Part shown: piece by piece, positions 9,895 through 19,542 of the stretch | Numbering within the stretch: the first letter of the stretch is position 1 | Layout: each line of letters begins with the position of its first letter | Assembly: GCA_020347565.1 (NCBI GenBank) | Contig: CP070732.1 | Coordinates: 514,681-578,680, forward strand | Source: Methanobacteriota archaeon | GTDB lineage: Archaea > Thermoplasmatota > Thermoplasmata > UBA10834 | Direction of reading: 5' to 3' | Length of the DNA stretch: 64,000 nt | The notes under the pieces: generated by a model | Seen by the model: only the letters and a program-made list of their open reading frames with translations | Databases searched by the model: none | What the model was told of the DNA's origin: nothing | Translations under genes and position numbers: made by a program

Positions 9895-9933
9895 GACTGG
9901 ACCCGGAATAAAATGAGAAAGAAGCGCCCGATG
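9895..9933 (-). terminator. Putative terminator: a 6-bp stem-loop (cccgat/atcggg) followed by a T-tract on the minus strand
   Basis: Minus-strand hairpin CCCGAT-TTCA-TCGGG followed by CTTCTTTCTCATTTTATTCC, directly 3' of the small secreted gene. Confidence 0.35.
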
Positions 9934-9967
9934 AAATCGGGAAGGGATTTTCGGAGTCCGGCCACGC

Positions 9968-10222
9968 TCACTCGACGGGCTCAGATTGGCTGGACTCATA
10001 GTCGTACTCGTACGCGCTCGTGTAGTTGTAGTCGTAGCTCAAGGGGCCAAGTTCGCCCTCGCCCGACCACTTCCACTCGTGCATGTGGGCCCACTGGTGT
10101 GCCCCGTCCGTTCCGGAGCCGCTCCCCAAAGCTTCGGCAACGGCTCCTGACGCGACTGCAGCGCCCGCGACGCCCACCACGGCCACTACGCCGACTATTG
10201 CCATGAGCAGAGTCGTTTTCAT
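9968..10222 (-). CDS. Small secreted His/Trp-rich protein (84 aa)
   Basis: Signal peptide MKTTLLMAIVGVVAVVGVAGAAVASGA; HQWAHMHEWKW cluster; Tyr/acidic tail. GGAGGTG lies 7 nt upstream of the ATG at 10222. Confidence 0.5.
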   Translation of the reverse strand: MKTTLLMAIVGVVAVVGVAGAAVASGAVAEALGSGSGTDGAHQWAHMHEWKWSGEGELGPLSYDYNYTSAYEYDYESSQSEPVE

Positions 10223-10376
10223 CTTCGTGCACCTCCGTGTCCGCACCGGGCTGTGATATGCGCAATACCCGGTGCGTCCTCGATGTACAAGTTTGGATGA
10301 AAAGGTATATGGATGCTGCGTGAAAAGTCCCCGAATCCTTTTCACTTGCGTGAAAAGTGGCTCAGCAACCGCCAGT

Positions 10377-10940
10377 TCATTCGTCCTGGAGGACGATCTT
10401 CACGAGGTTCGTGGAACCATGCCTCTGCTTGGTGATGACACCCTTCTCGTCGAGTCTGTCGAGCACGCGCGAGACCTTGGCGTTCGACATCCCTGTGGCC
10501 TTGATGAGATTCTTCTGCAGGGCCTCCCCTCCTGCGTCCATAACGGCCTTGTACATGGTTCTCTCGTCCCCGCTGAGCAGTCGCAGGACGAGATATCTCT
10601 CGCGGGCTCTGTAGTCTGCCGATGGAGCGTCTGCCGTATCGTGACGGGCGCCTTCGTCGCGCCCCTCCTCTTTCGGCGGAGGCGGCGGCGGCCTTGCCGG
10701 CGCCATCGACGGAGGGAGCGGCTCATACTCCTCTCTGAGGAGTATGAACATGAGCGCAATCGCTATTAGGAACGACGAAACGACAATGATGGCGAGTCCG
10801 GTCGAGCTGTATACATGCCTGTCGCCCATTCCGGGCGTGCTCACGCCCTCGTCCGTCCGCTCCGAGATTATCGCATACGCCAGGAGCACAACCGCGACGG
10901 TGGCTATGGAGGCGGCAGCGATCTTATGCCACTTCGCCAT
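10377..10940 (-). CDS. Membrane-anchored winged-helix transcriptional regulator
   Basis: Two N-terminal TM helices, a poly-Pro/acidic linker (PPPPPPKEEGRDEG) and a C-terminal wHTH (MSNAKVSRVLDRLDEKGVITKQRHG). GGAGGGG upstream of the ATG at 10940. Confidence 0.55.
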   Translation of the reverse strand: MAKWHKIAAASIATVAVVLLAYAIISERTDEGVSTPGMGDRHVYSSTGLAIIVVSSFLIAIALMFILLREEYEPLPPSMAPARPPPPPPKEEGRDEGARHDTADAPSADYRARERYLVLRLLSGDERTMYKAVMDAGGEALQKNLIKATGMSNAKVSRVLDRLDEKGVITKQRHGSTNLVKIVLQDE

Positions 10941-11091
10941 CAGGACCCCTCCGAAGTCGCAGACATGTTGCCGAGTTAACAACACGCTGTGTATTTCTAT
11001 CCTTCTGACGACGTATGGCCTGCGGCCGGGTGGCGCCGGGGGTCAAATTAAAGAGGGCACCCGTCATTAATGCCGGAAGGAGAAGGACACT

Positions 11092-11562
11092 TTGGGCGAC
11101 GGAAGGATCTCCAAGGACCGCTATTTCATGAACATAGCCATAGAGGTCTCCCGCAGGAGCACATGCTCGCGGAGGCAGATAGGGGCCATCATCGTCAGCG
11201 ACGTCGGGGAGATCAAGAGCACTGGATACAACGGCAACCCGAGGGGGCTCCCTCACTGCGACGAGGTAGGATGCATACGCGACCAGCTTGGCATACCCTC
11301 GGGGACGCGCCTCGAGACGTGTACGGCCGTCCATGCCGAGCAGAACGCCCTCATACAGGCCGGCACCAACTCGCGCGGGTCCACGCTGTACTCCACCATC
11401 GTCCCCTGCCCCATATGCGCGCGTATGATTCTAAACGCGCAGGTCGCCCGTGTTGTGTACATCGGCAGCTACTCCGACCTCGCCGGGCTTGATCTCCTGA
11501 AGCAGGCGAGGGTAGAGGTCCTCAGGATGGACCCCAAGGACTTCGAGGATAAGCCTATCTGA
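11092..11562 (+). CDS. dCMP deaminase (cytidine/deoxycytidylate deaminase family)
   Basis: Zinc-binding HAEQNAL and PCPICA motifs of the CDA fold. Probable TTG start at 11092, with AAGGAG upstream. Confidence 0.75.
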   Translation: MGDGRISKDRYFMNIAIEVSRRSTCSRRQIGAIIVSDVGEIKSTGYNGNPRGLPHCDEVGCIRDQLGIPSGTRLETCTAVHAEQNALIQAGTNSRGSTLYSTIVPCPICARMILNAQVARVVYIGSYSDLAGLDLLKQARVEVLRMDPKDFEDKPI

Positions 11563-11585
11563 TTCGGATAGCTCCAAAGCAACAC

Positions 11586-12917
11586 TCATGCAGTAGGAGG
11601 GACTCCGTACATCTTGGTGGTGTAGAAGTATTCCATTAGCACCAGGTCCCAGCCAGTGTCTTCAACGAAGTCGAGTCCGACAGCGTTGTATATCCTCTCG
11701 AGTGCGTCCCAGTGCACCTCGAAGACGCCTATCGACGGGCACACGAACACGGAGAGCCCTGTGACCACGTCTTTCGTCCTCCAGCTGGACCAGTCGTGTA
11801 CGACGACGGCGTCGGTCGATCCCACGATAGCGTCGCATGCAGCGGCGACATCGGGATACTGGCCACGGATACTGTTGCTGAACTCGGAGAACATGGTTTT
11901 GATGTCGGGATAGAACCAAGTGCCCATGTTGTTGGTCCACAACGACGCGTCGGCGTATACGGCCGCATCTTTGAACGGCTTGCCGAGCACCGCGTCCTTG
12001 GGAAGCACGGTGTCCCTGAAGTCAACGAATGCGTCCTTCAGCGGACCCAGCGCTCGAAGGTCGATGACCGACAGCGAGGCGAAGTCCTGCATGTACGGAT
12101 AGAGTGTCGGATAGGTGCCGAGCGGCGCCGAGTACCACTCACCGTAGTCGTCGACGATCTTACAGGCGAGCTCCTCGGGTGTGATGTCGGGGTCATCCGA
12201 TAGGCCAGACAGGAGTGCTATGTAGTTCTGGCCGTCGAATGGAACGCCCAGGACCGACGCTACCATGTACGAGGCCGTATCCCTGAGTTCGTAGGCCACC
12301 TCAACAATTCCAAGAGTGCACGCGTCAAGCGATATGATGTCGATTTCGCCTCCGGAGATCGCCAGTCCGTCGCGGATGCCGCTGCCGAGGCCGTCTATCG
12401 ACATCCACATCTTGGCCTGGTTGGAGTCGGGAAGTCCTTCGTCACAGCAAAGCCCGAGATAGCCGTTGCCGTGGTCCTGCACGATCAGCATGAAGTTGTC
12501 AGCCTTGAGCGCCGGTTCAGTCAGGGAGTAGTTTAGGAACGAACTCAGCGTTTCCGGCGATGACGAGTTGACCTCGCCCAGGTCTTTGGTCTCCTGCCAT
12601 CCCTCCTCTGTGAGCGTGCTGATGTTCGCCGACGCGTCATACCGGTCCAAGAACACGCTCAGCGCAATATCCTCGCGATTCGTCAGCTGCTCGATCCACA
12701 TGTCTATGAAGTAGTCTGTGTACTCATCCAGGTCGTTGTCACTCACCCAGTACATCGCAATCGTCCATTTCCTCTGTCCGTGGTCTTCCGGGACGACTTC
12801 CTCCGGCACGCCGTTGGAGGGCTGTCCGGTGGACGCAACGCTGCCGAGGCACTCCAGAATCACTACTGCTGTCACTACGACAGCTGCTACTCTGCAAACC
12901 TCGTCTCTCTCAATCAA
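11586..12917 (-). CDS. Clostripain-like cysteine peptidase (C11 family), secreted or membrane-anchored
   Basis: N-terminal hydrophobic anchor. Catalytic His-Gly (LIVQDHGNGY) and Cys (ISLDACTLG) dyad context of the C11/CHF clan. Confidence 0.6.
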   Translation of the reverse strand: MIERDEVCRVAAVVVTAVVILECLGSVASTGQPSNGVPEEVVPEDHGQRKWTIAMYWVSDNDLDEYTDYFIDMWIEQLTNREDIALSVFLDRYDASANISTLTEEGWQETKDLGEVNSSSPETLSSFLNYSLTEPALKADNFMLIVQDHGNGYLGLCCDEGLPDSNQAKMWMSIDGLGSGIRDGLAISGGEIDIISLDACTLGIVEVAYELRDTASYMVASVLGVPFDGQNYIALLSGLSDDPDITPEELACKIVDDYGEWYSAPLGTYPTLYPYMQDFASLSVIDLRALGPLKDAFVDFRDTVLPKDAVLGKPFKDAAVYADASLWTNNMGTWFYPDIKTMFSEFSNSIRGQYPDVAAACDAIVGSTDAVVVHDWSSWRTKDVVTGLSVFVCPSIGVFEVHWDALERIYNAVGLDFVEDTGWDLVLMEYFYTTKMYGVPPTA

Positions 12918-13199
12918 GGCTTCTCCCCCGCAAGAGGCGTGCTGTTCGGTCGCGAATCCCCCTCTTGCAGGTCAGACGAGTCTCAGCGAGCTATATAAGA
13001 ACTCTCCGAGTCAGCGTACATCCGATGCACGGATATGGGCCTCGCCTCCTGCCGGAGAGCGCCTCCGATCACGGAGAAGGCGCGTATCGGCTGTCATCTC
13101 TTCCTTACATCGTCACGGTTCGTATTCGCGAGGAAGCGGACTACGCGCAGATGACGTCGTGTCTGCACGCCGTGGCGTATACGTGGCAGACCTCGGAGT

Positions 13200-13211
13200 C
13201 TATTTATATCG
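13200..13211 (+). promoter_or_regulatory. TATA box of the atp operon promoter (tatttatatc)
   Basis: TATA-like element about 26 bp upstream of the GTG at 13235, consistent with a leaderless transcript. Confidence 0.5.
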
Positions 13212-13234
13212 TGACGGCATCAGCAGTCAGGGGC

Positions 13235-13570
13235 GTGTCAGTTTTGAGCAAGGCTGAGATCCTCAACAAGATACGCGACGCTGAGGATAAGGTCGAGGTC
13301 CTCATCAAAGAGGCGGAGGAGAAGAGGAAGCAACTCCAAGCCGAAGGCAAGCGCCAGGCCTTGGAGAAGATCGAGGCGGCCGAGGCTGCGCTCATGAAGG
13401 AGATGGACGCCAAGCAGGTCGCCGCCAAGGCCGCCGTCGAGACTCGCAAGAAGGCGGTTTTAGAAGAAGGCAGGAGACGCGCCGAAGCGCTGGAGTCGAA
13501 CGCCAAGAAAGCGGCGGTCAAGGCGAAGGCTTTCGTCCTATCCGAGTTTGAGAGGGCAGCGGATGCTTAG
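13235..13570 (+). CDS. atpH: A-type ATP synthase subunit H
   Basis: Small coiled-coil, Lys/Glu/Ala-rich protein at the head of the atp operon. The six-frame ORF (from 12965) is an over-extension; trimmed to the GTG downstream of the TATA box. Confidence 0.65.
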   Translation: MSVLSKAEILNKIRDAEDKVEVLIKEAEEKRKQLQAEGKRQALEKIEAAEAALMKEMDAKQVAAKAAVETRKKAVLEEGRRRAEALESNAKKAAVKAKAFVLSEFERAADA

Positions 13571-15584
13571 ACCTGAGCAGATGACAAGGGTCGTCGTGGT
13601 CGGCTCGATCGATAGTCTCAGCTCCGCGATTGACCGACTCTACGAACTCGGCGCCCTTCATCTGATCGATTTCAACGAGCAGGACGAAGATTTTCGCATA
13701 GGCCAGCCGCTGCCCGTCGCCTCTTCGGCGTCGAAGCGGCTACTCAAGCTGAGGGCCATGGTCAGGTCTCTGGAGATTGGCGAGCACAAACCATCGGACA
13801 AGCCGGACGTCGCCGAGATCGAGTCGCGCCTTGACCAGGTTCTCGTCACAATGGATCTGAGCATCTCCGGGATGGCAGATTCCAAGCAGAAGATCCAGTC
13901 CGTGATTCGTGAGAAGCAGGCGGAAATCCACACACTCGAGCCCTTCGCATCGCTCGGTCTGAAGGTCGAGGACTTCAGAGGATATTCGAGCGTTTCCGTG
14001 CTGTCCGGCCTATGCAAGACCGACCCGGAAGGCTCTATCAAGGCGAGAATCGCCGATTACGAGTTGTTCAAGGCCGAGGCGGCCGGCGGCGTCGCCGTGG
14101 CCCTCTTCGTCAGAAGCGAGCAACAGATCGAGGCCGGACGGATACTGGCGGAACACGGCTTTCAGGAGCTGAAGCCGCCAGAGATGACTGGAAGAATAGA
14201 CCTGGTCGTGGCCAAGGCCCACGCAGACGTGTCCGAGCTGGAGAAGGACCTCGAGAGGGTCGAGACCGACCTCGAGCAGGCCAGAAAGCGCTTCGCGGAC
14301 CTCATCGTTGCGTCGGAGGAGCACTTGGCCATCGAAGTGATGAAGGCCGAGACGCCCCTCAGGATCGCGACTTCGAGCCATTCATTCGTCATAGATGGCT
14401 GGATGCCTTCGGCGAGGGTGAAGGAGATTCACGAGGCCCTCGACGAGGTCTGTTGCGGCCTCGCGTTCGTCCAGACGATGCCGGCCGAAACCAACGACGA
14501 GCCCCCCGTGAAGTTGAGGAACCCGATGCCAGTGAGGCCGTTCGAGTTCTTCATAAGCCTCGTCTCCACCCCTCGCTACAAAGAGGTCGACCCCACCTTC
14601 ATCCTGTTCCTTACGTTCCCGCTTTTCTTCGGATTCATGATCGGCGACCTGGGCTTCGGGGGAGGGCTGTTTCTGCTCGGCCTCATCATGCGCGTCAAGC
14701 TCAAGGACTCGCCGGATCTTAGGCGGCTGGGGACGATAATCCTTGCGGGAGGGCTTGTGGCGAGCGTGTTCGGACTGTTCGTCTTCGCGGAGGCGTTTGG
14801 CGTGCCTTTCCACCCACCCGAGGAGGCGCACGACGAGTACTCGTGGGAGGGAGTCGCAAACATACCAATACATCCGGCGCTCGATAAGATGCATGATATC
14901 AAGGAGCTGCTGGCCCTCTCCATACTGGCGGGATGGCTCCATCTGACGCTTGGCTTCGTGTTCGGCTTCATGAACCACTACGGGCACAATACCAGGCATG
15001 CCATCGCGAAGGTCGCGTGGCTGCCGATACTCTTCGGTATGTTCGTCGAGATGATGACCATCGCTGGCAACGCGACGGCGACGAGCGAGATAATCAACTC
15101 CACCATACTCGTGGTCGTGCCCGACGTTACAACGACTGTCGTGGGCACGCTGGTGTCGATACCGGCCGTCGCACTCATCGTGGTCGGAGTCGTCGCCCTG
15201 CCGTTCACGGAGGGCGCCCTCGGCCTGACGGAGGTGATAGGGCTCTTCACGAACCTCGTGTCCTACACAAGGCTAGCCGCCCTCGCAGTGGGCAAGGGGG
15301 CCATGGCGCTCGCCTTCAACACGATGCTCTTTCCGCTCATATTCGACAGCGGTAACATCGGCATAGTCATCGCTGGTGCGCTGGCGCTGTTCGTCACGCA
15401 GATGTTCTTCGTCTTCTTCCTCGGCGCCCTATCCGCCGGGATCCAGGCGATCAGGCTGAACTACGTCGAGTTCTTCCTGAAATTCTTCGAGGGAGGAGGA
15501 GTAGACTTCGAACCTTTGAAGTACGAGAGAAAGCACTCGATAGGAAAGACGGCAAAGAAGGAGGTATGGAATGCTAGAGTTTGA
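13548..15584 (+). CDS. atpI: A-type ATP synthase subunit I (membrane a-subunit homologue)
   Basis: About 675 aa, with a hydrophilic N-terminal half and a multi-TM C-terminal half; operon position. Confidence 0.9.
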   Translation: MRGQRMLRPEQMTRVVVVGSIDSLSSAIDRLYELGALHLIDFNEQDEDFRIGQPLPVASSASKRLLKLRAMVRSLEIGEHKPSDKPDVAEIESRLDQVLVTMDLSISGMADSKQKIQSVIREKQAEIHTLEPFASLGLKVEDFRGYSSVSVLSGLCKTDPEGSIKARIADYELFKAEAAGGVAVALFVRSEQQIEAGRILAEHGFQELKPPEMTGRIDLVVAKAHADVSELEKDLERVETDLEQARKRFADLIVASEEHLAIEVMKAETPLRIATSSHSFVIDGWMPSARVKEIHEALDEVCCGLAFVQTMPAETNDEPPVKLRNPMPVRPFEFFISLVSTPRYKEVDPTFILFLTFPLFFGFMIGDLGFGGGLFLLGLIMRVKLKDSPDLRRLGTIILAGGLVASVFGLFVFAEAFGVPFHPPEEAHDEYSWEGVANIPIHPALDKMHDIKELLALSILAGWLHLTLGFVFGFMNHYGHNTRHAIAKVAWLPILFGMFVEMMTIAGNATATSEIINSTILVVVPDVTTTVVGTLVSIPAVALIVVGVVALPFTEGALGLTEVIGLFTNLVSYTRLAALAVGKGAMALAFNTMLFPLIFDSGNIGIVIAGALALFVTQMFFVFFLGALSAGIQAIRLNYVEFFLKFFEGGGVDFEPLKYERKHSIGKTAKKEVWNARV

Positions 15585-15798
15585 CGCACAGGGACTGGCG
15601 CTGATCGGCGCCGGAGTCGCGCTCGGACTGGCGGGACTCGGCACCGGATTGGCGCAGGGACAGATCGGAGCGGCAGCGGTCGGCGCGACCGCTGAGGACC
15701 CAAAGATGTTTGGGAAGGGCATGATCCTCATGGTCCTTCCCGAGACCATCGTGATCCTGGGCTTCGTCGTCGCGTTCCTGTTGTACGGAAAGGTGTAG
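15571..15798 (+). CDS. atpK: A-type ATP synthase subunit K (proteolipid c)
   Basis: 75-aa two-helix hairpin with a Gly-rich helix 1 and a conserved acidic residue (LPETIVILGF). Confidence 0.9.
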   Translation: MLEFDAQGLALIGAGVALGLAGLGTGLAQGQIGAAAVGATAEDPKMFGKGMILMVLPETIVILGFVVAFLLYGKV

Positions 15799-15849
15799 CC
15801 ACGCCCGCGGAGACGGGCTGAAAACAGGCAGACGCGTATACGATAGAGC

Positions 15850-16416
15850 GTGAGTTCCATGGGCTTGGAGAAGTTAGTGGAAGACATACTCCTGAAGGGG
15901 GACGAGCGGGCGCAGGAGATAATCCGCCAGGGAGAGGCCGAACGCGATGATCAAATCCTCGCAGCCGACGACCAGATACGACTGGCGCGTGAGAAGGCGG
16001 AGAAGAAGGCCGACGCGCAGATCTCCCAGATGGAACAGCACGAGCTTTCGAGCGCGGAGCTCGAGTCGAGGAAGACGCTCCTCGCGGCCCAGAGGGAGGT
16101 CTTGGAGGATTTGAAGGAGCGGTCTCTCGCCGAACTCGCCAACTATCCGTCGGATAGGCGTGAGAAGCTGTACGACAGCCTCTCCGCGAAGGCGAAAGCC
16201 ATCCTGGGCGAGTGCGTCGTGTACTCGAACTCGGCAGACGGTGTCCTGCTCAAGCCTCCGGCAGGCGTCATAAAAGGGGGCGAGATAGACTGCGTTGGCG
16301 GGCTCGTGTTCGAGAGCAGGGACGGCAGCGTACGCCTGGACTACCGGTTCGAGACCTTATTGGAGGAGGTCTGGAACAGGAAGATGAGCGAGATATACTC
16401 CCAGCTGTTCGGGTGA
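15850..16416 (+). CDS. atpE: A-type ATP synthase subunit E
   Basis: 188 aa with an N-terminal coiled coil; operon position. Confidence 0.8.
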   Translation: MSSMGLEKLVEDILLKGDERAQEIIRQGEAERDDQILAADDQIRLAREKAEKKADAQISQMEQHELSSAELESRKTLLAAQREVLEDLKERSLAELANYPSDRREKLYDSLSAKAKAILGECVVYSNSADGVLLKPPAGVIKGGEIDCVGGLVFESRDGSVRLDYRFETLLEEVWNRKMSEIYSQLFG

Positions 16417-16422
16417 CGCCGG

Positions 16423-17481
16423 ATGAAGGTCATAGGACGGAGAGGTAACTACGCATACGCTTGCGCACGCGTTAAAGCGCGGAAGAAGTTCCTCCTGTCC
16501 AAGGACGTGTACTCTCGCCTGCTCGTGATGGACGTGCACGAGATCGGCAGGTTCCTCGGCGAGACCCAGTACCGCGAGGAGATGACGCAGTTCGCATCGA
16601 AGTACACCGGAGCGAACATGGTCGAAGTCGCGGTCACGAGGAACCTCGCAATGACGTGTTCGGAGATCCTGCGTTTCACAACGGGCAACCTCAGGAACAT
16701 GGTCGGCAACTATCTGAGGCGCTGGGACACGTTCAATGTGAAGACCGTCTTAAGAGGCAAGTTCTCGGGAGTCGGTGAAGAGGAAATCGTCGATACGCTT
16801 GTCCCCGCGGGGGCGTTCACCGAGGCGTACTTGAAATCCCTCGTGGCGATGGAGGGCACCGGGTTGATCATGGAGGAGCTGTCGAAGCAGCCATCCCTCA
16901 GAATAACGCCAGAGCTCGAGAGGGAGGTGGTCGAGGCCGGGAAGCTCGCCCCGTTCGAGGACCATCTGGATATGATGATGTACTACGACCTCCTCGACGT
17001 GATCGAGCCGACCAACAGCGCCACAGCGCTGCTCAGGGATTTCGTGCGGAGGGAGATAGACGTGACGAACCTGAAGGTGCTCCTGAAGCTGAAGGCCGAG
17101 GGGCTTCCGGAGGAGAAGGTTCAGAAATACCTCATACCTGGGGGCATGGAGTTCAAGGCCGAGAAGCTGAGGGCTCTCGCGCAGGCCGAGGGCGTAGGCC
17201 CGATACTGGAGGAGCTCGAGAAGTCGTCCATGTACGAGACGATTAAGCCAAGCCTCGAGCGATTCAAGGAGGACGGGCGGCTGTCAGGCCTCACGATAGC
17301 GCTGGACAAGGCGCTCGTGCGGACAGCGGAGAAGTTCGGGAGGTTCTACCCCCTCTCCGTGCTGCCCATAATCGACTACCTCGTCCGCAAGAAGGTCGAG
17401 ACGGATAACATAAGGATAATCGCGAGGGGCAAGGAGATGGACCTCTCGAACGAAGTCATGAAAGAGCTGTTGGTGATATGA
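16423..17481 (+). CDS. atpC: A-type ATP synthase subunit C
   Basis: 352 aa; MKVIGRRGNYAYACARVKA start typical of subunit C. Confidence 0.85.
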   Translation: MKVIGRRGNYAYACARVKARKKFLLSKDVYSRLLVMDVHEIGRFLGETQYREEMTQFASKYTGANMVEVAVTRNLAMTCSEILRFTTGNLRNMVGNYLRRWDTFNVKTVLRGKFSGVGEEEIVDTLVPAGAFTEAYLKSLVAMEGTGLIMEELSKQPSLRITPELEREVVEAGKLAPFEDHLDMMMYYDLLDVIEPTNSATALLRDFVRREIDVTNLKVLLKLKAEGLPEEKVQKYLIPGGMEFKAEKLRALAQAEGVGPILEELEKSSMYETIKPSLERFKEDGRLSGLTIALDKALVRTAEKFGRFYPLSVLPIIDYLVRKKVETDNIRIIARGKEMDLSNEVMKELLVI

Positions 17482-17482
17482 T

Positions 17483-17782
17483 ATGGAGATAGCGGTCGTC
17501 GGGTCTGAGGAGTTCGTCGTGGGTTTCAGGCTCGCCGGCATAATGAAGGTCTACGGCGTGCCGCAGGAGAAGCTCCAGCAGACCATCCTGGAGCTGATGG
17601 AAAAGGAGGAAGTGGGAATCCTGGCCGTGCACACCGCGGACATAGAGAAGCTGCCGCAGAATCTGAGGGAGAAGATTCTGGGCAGCGTCGACCCGGTCGT
17701 GATACCCGTCGGCGAGGAGGAGGGTGACATGCGGGACAAGGTGCGCCGGGCGATGGGCATTGATCTTTACAAGGGTAAGTGA
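17483..17782 (+). CDS. atpF: A-type ATP synthase subunit F
   Basis: 99 aa; MEIAVVGSEEFVVGFRLAGI motif. Confidence 0.85.
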   Translation: MEIAVVGSEEFVVGFRLAGIMKVYGVPQEKLQQTILELMEKEEVGILAVHTADIEKLPQNLREKILGSVDPVVIPVGEEEGDMRDKVRRAMGIDLYKGK

Positions 17783-19539
17783 TGAAGGGAGGAGCGATCC
17801 AAATGGAGGAGCAGAAGAGAGGACGGATAGTCAGGGTGGCCGGGCCGGTCGTGACCGCGGAGGGGATCTCCCCGAGGATGTACGACGTCGTGCTGGTTGG
17901 TGACCTCAGCCTCATGGGCGAGGTGATCAAGCTTATCGGGGACAAGGCGGTCGTACAGGTATACGAGGACACATCCGGGATTCGGCCAGGGGAGCAGGTG
18001 ACCAACACCGGCGAGCCCCTCCAGGCCGAACTGGGTCCGGGCCTCCTTTCCAGCATATACGACGGCGTTCAGAGGCCGTTACCAGTCCTGAAGGAGAAGG
18101 AGGGCGACTTCGTCTCCAGAGGCGTGACCGCGCCAGGCCTCGACAGGGCTACGAAGTGGAGGTTCGTGCCGAAGGTGAAGAAGGGGGACGAGCTCCAGGG
18201 CGGCATGGTCATCGGCGAGGTGCCCGAAGGCAACCTCGTGCACCGCGTACTGGTACCTCCGAAGGTGCACGGACGCGTGAAGGCGATCTCCGAGGGCGAG
18301 TTCTCCATCGAAGACGTAGTAGGTGAGCTGGAGACCGGACACGGGCTGACGATGATGCAACGATGGCCTGTGCGAACCCCGCGTCCGTATGCCGAGAAGC
18401 TGTTGCCGGACATCCCTCTCGTCACGGGCCAGAGGATTCTAGACATGCTCTTCCCGTTAGCCAAGGGCGGCACGGCCGCCATCCCAGGAGGGTTCGGCAC
18501 GGGGAAGACGGTGACGTCGCAGCAGCTCTCGAAGTGGAGCGACGCACACATCGTGGTGTATGTGGGCTGCGGAGAGAGGGGGAACGAGATGACAGAGGTG
18601 CTGACGTCGTTCCCCGAGCTGGAGGACCCGAAGACCGGCAAGCCACTCATGGGGAGGACGACGCTGATAGCCAACACATCGAACATGCCCGTCGCGGCGA
18701 GGGAGGCCTCAGTGTACACGGGCATCACCGTTGCGGAATACTACAGGGACATGGGATACGACGTGTCGCTCATGGCGGATTCCACCTCGAGATGGGCTGA
18801 AGCGATGAGGGAGATATCGTCCAGGCTGGAGGAGATGCCTGGCGAGGAGGGCTACCCCGCATACCTCGCATCGCGCCTCTCGGAGTTCTACGAGAGGTGC
18901 GGCAGGGTGAAGACGCTGTCGGGGCCGACCGGGTCGATCTCCGTCATAGGGGCGGTGTCGCCGTCCGGCGGAGATTTCAGCGAGCCTGTCACGCAGAACA
19001 CGCTCAGGATCGTGAAGGTATTCTGGGCACTCGACTCGAAGCTGCGTGAGAGGAGGCACTTCCCCGCGATTAACTGGCTCACTTCGTACTCACTCTACAG
19101 CCCCATACTCGAGGAGTGGTACAGGAAGAACGTCGCAGAGGACTGGAGCTCTCTCAGGCTGTGGGCGATGGAGACGCTGCAGAAGGAATCGGAGCTGCAG
19201 GAGATCGTGCAGCTCGTAGGGTCCGACGCCCTTCCGGAGGAGGAGCGACTCACACTCGATGTTGCGAGAATGATACGGGAGTTCTTCCTGCAGCAGAGCG
19301 CATACCACCAGGTCGATACATACAGCCCCCTGAAGCGGCAGTACGAGTACATGAAGGCCATAAAGAAGTACTCCGAGCTGGCCAAGAAGGCCATCTCACT
19401 GGAGGTCACGCTCGACAGGGTGCAGGCGCTCAAGTGCAGGGCGAACCTGGGCAAGCTGAAGTTCGAGGACGAGATCGACACGGGGCTCAAAGAGATCGGC
19501 GGCCAGATGGAGGCCGAGTTCTCGGGGCTGGGGGTGTGA
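17779..19539 (+). CDS. atpA: A-type ATP synthase catalytic subunit A
   Basis: P-loop GGFGTGKT; non-homologous region insert; 586 aa. Confidence 0.95.
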   Translation: MMKGGAIQMEEQKRGRIVRVAGPVVTAEGISPRMYDVVLVGDLSLMGEVIKLIGDKAVVQVYEDTSGIRPGEQVTNTGEPLQAELGPGLLSSIYDGVQRPLPVLKEKEGDFVSRGVTAPGLDRATKWRFVPKVKKGDELQGGMVIGEVPEGNLVHRVLVPPKVHGRVKAISEGEFSIEDVVGELETGHGLTMMQRWPVRTPRPYAEKLLPDIPLVTGQRILDMLFPLAKGGTAAIPGGFGTGKTVTSQQLSKWSDAHIVVYVGCGERGNEMTEVLTSFPELEDPKTGKPLMGRTTLIANTSNMPVAAREASVYTGITVAEYYRDMGYDVSLMADSTSRWAEAMREISSRLEEMPGEEGYPAYLASRLSEFYERCGRVKTLSGPTGSISVIGAVSPSGGDFSEPVTQNTLRIVKVFWALDSKLRERRHFPAINWLTSYSLYSPILEEWYRKNVAEDWSSLRLWAMETLQKESELQEIVQLVGSDALPEEERLTLDVARMIREFFLQQSAYHQVDTYSPLKRQYEYMKAIKKYSELAKKAISLEVTLDRVQALKCRANLGKLKFEDEIDTGLKEIGGQMEAEFSGLGV

Positions 19540-19542
19540 GGA

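Noticed and set aside
17526-18056. 176-aa minus-strand ORF (and many similar ones, e.g. 14382-14999, 19396-20901, 20956-21645, 43212-44474, 47735-48502) antisense to well-supported genes
   Set aside because: They are Arg/Pro/Ala/Gly-rich and low-complexity, and lie entirely within the atp, ahcY or guaA genes on the opposite strand. This is the expected consequence of ~60% GC, where stop codons are rare in antisense frames. None has motif support.
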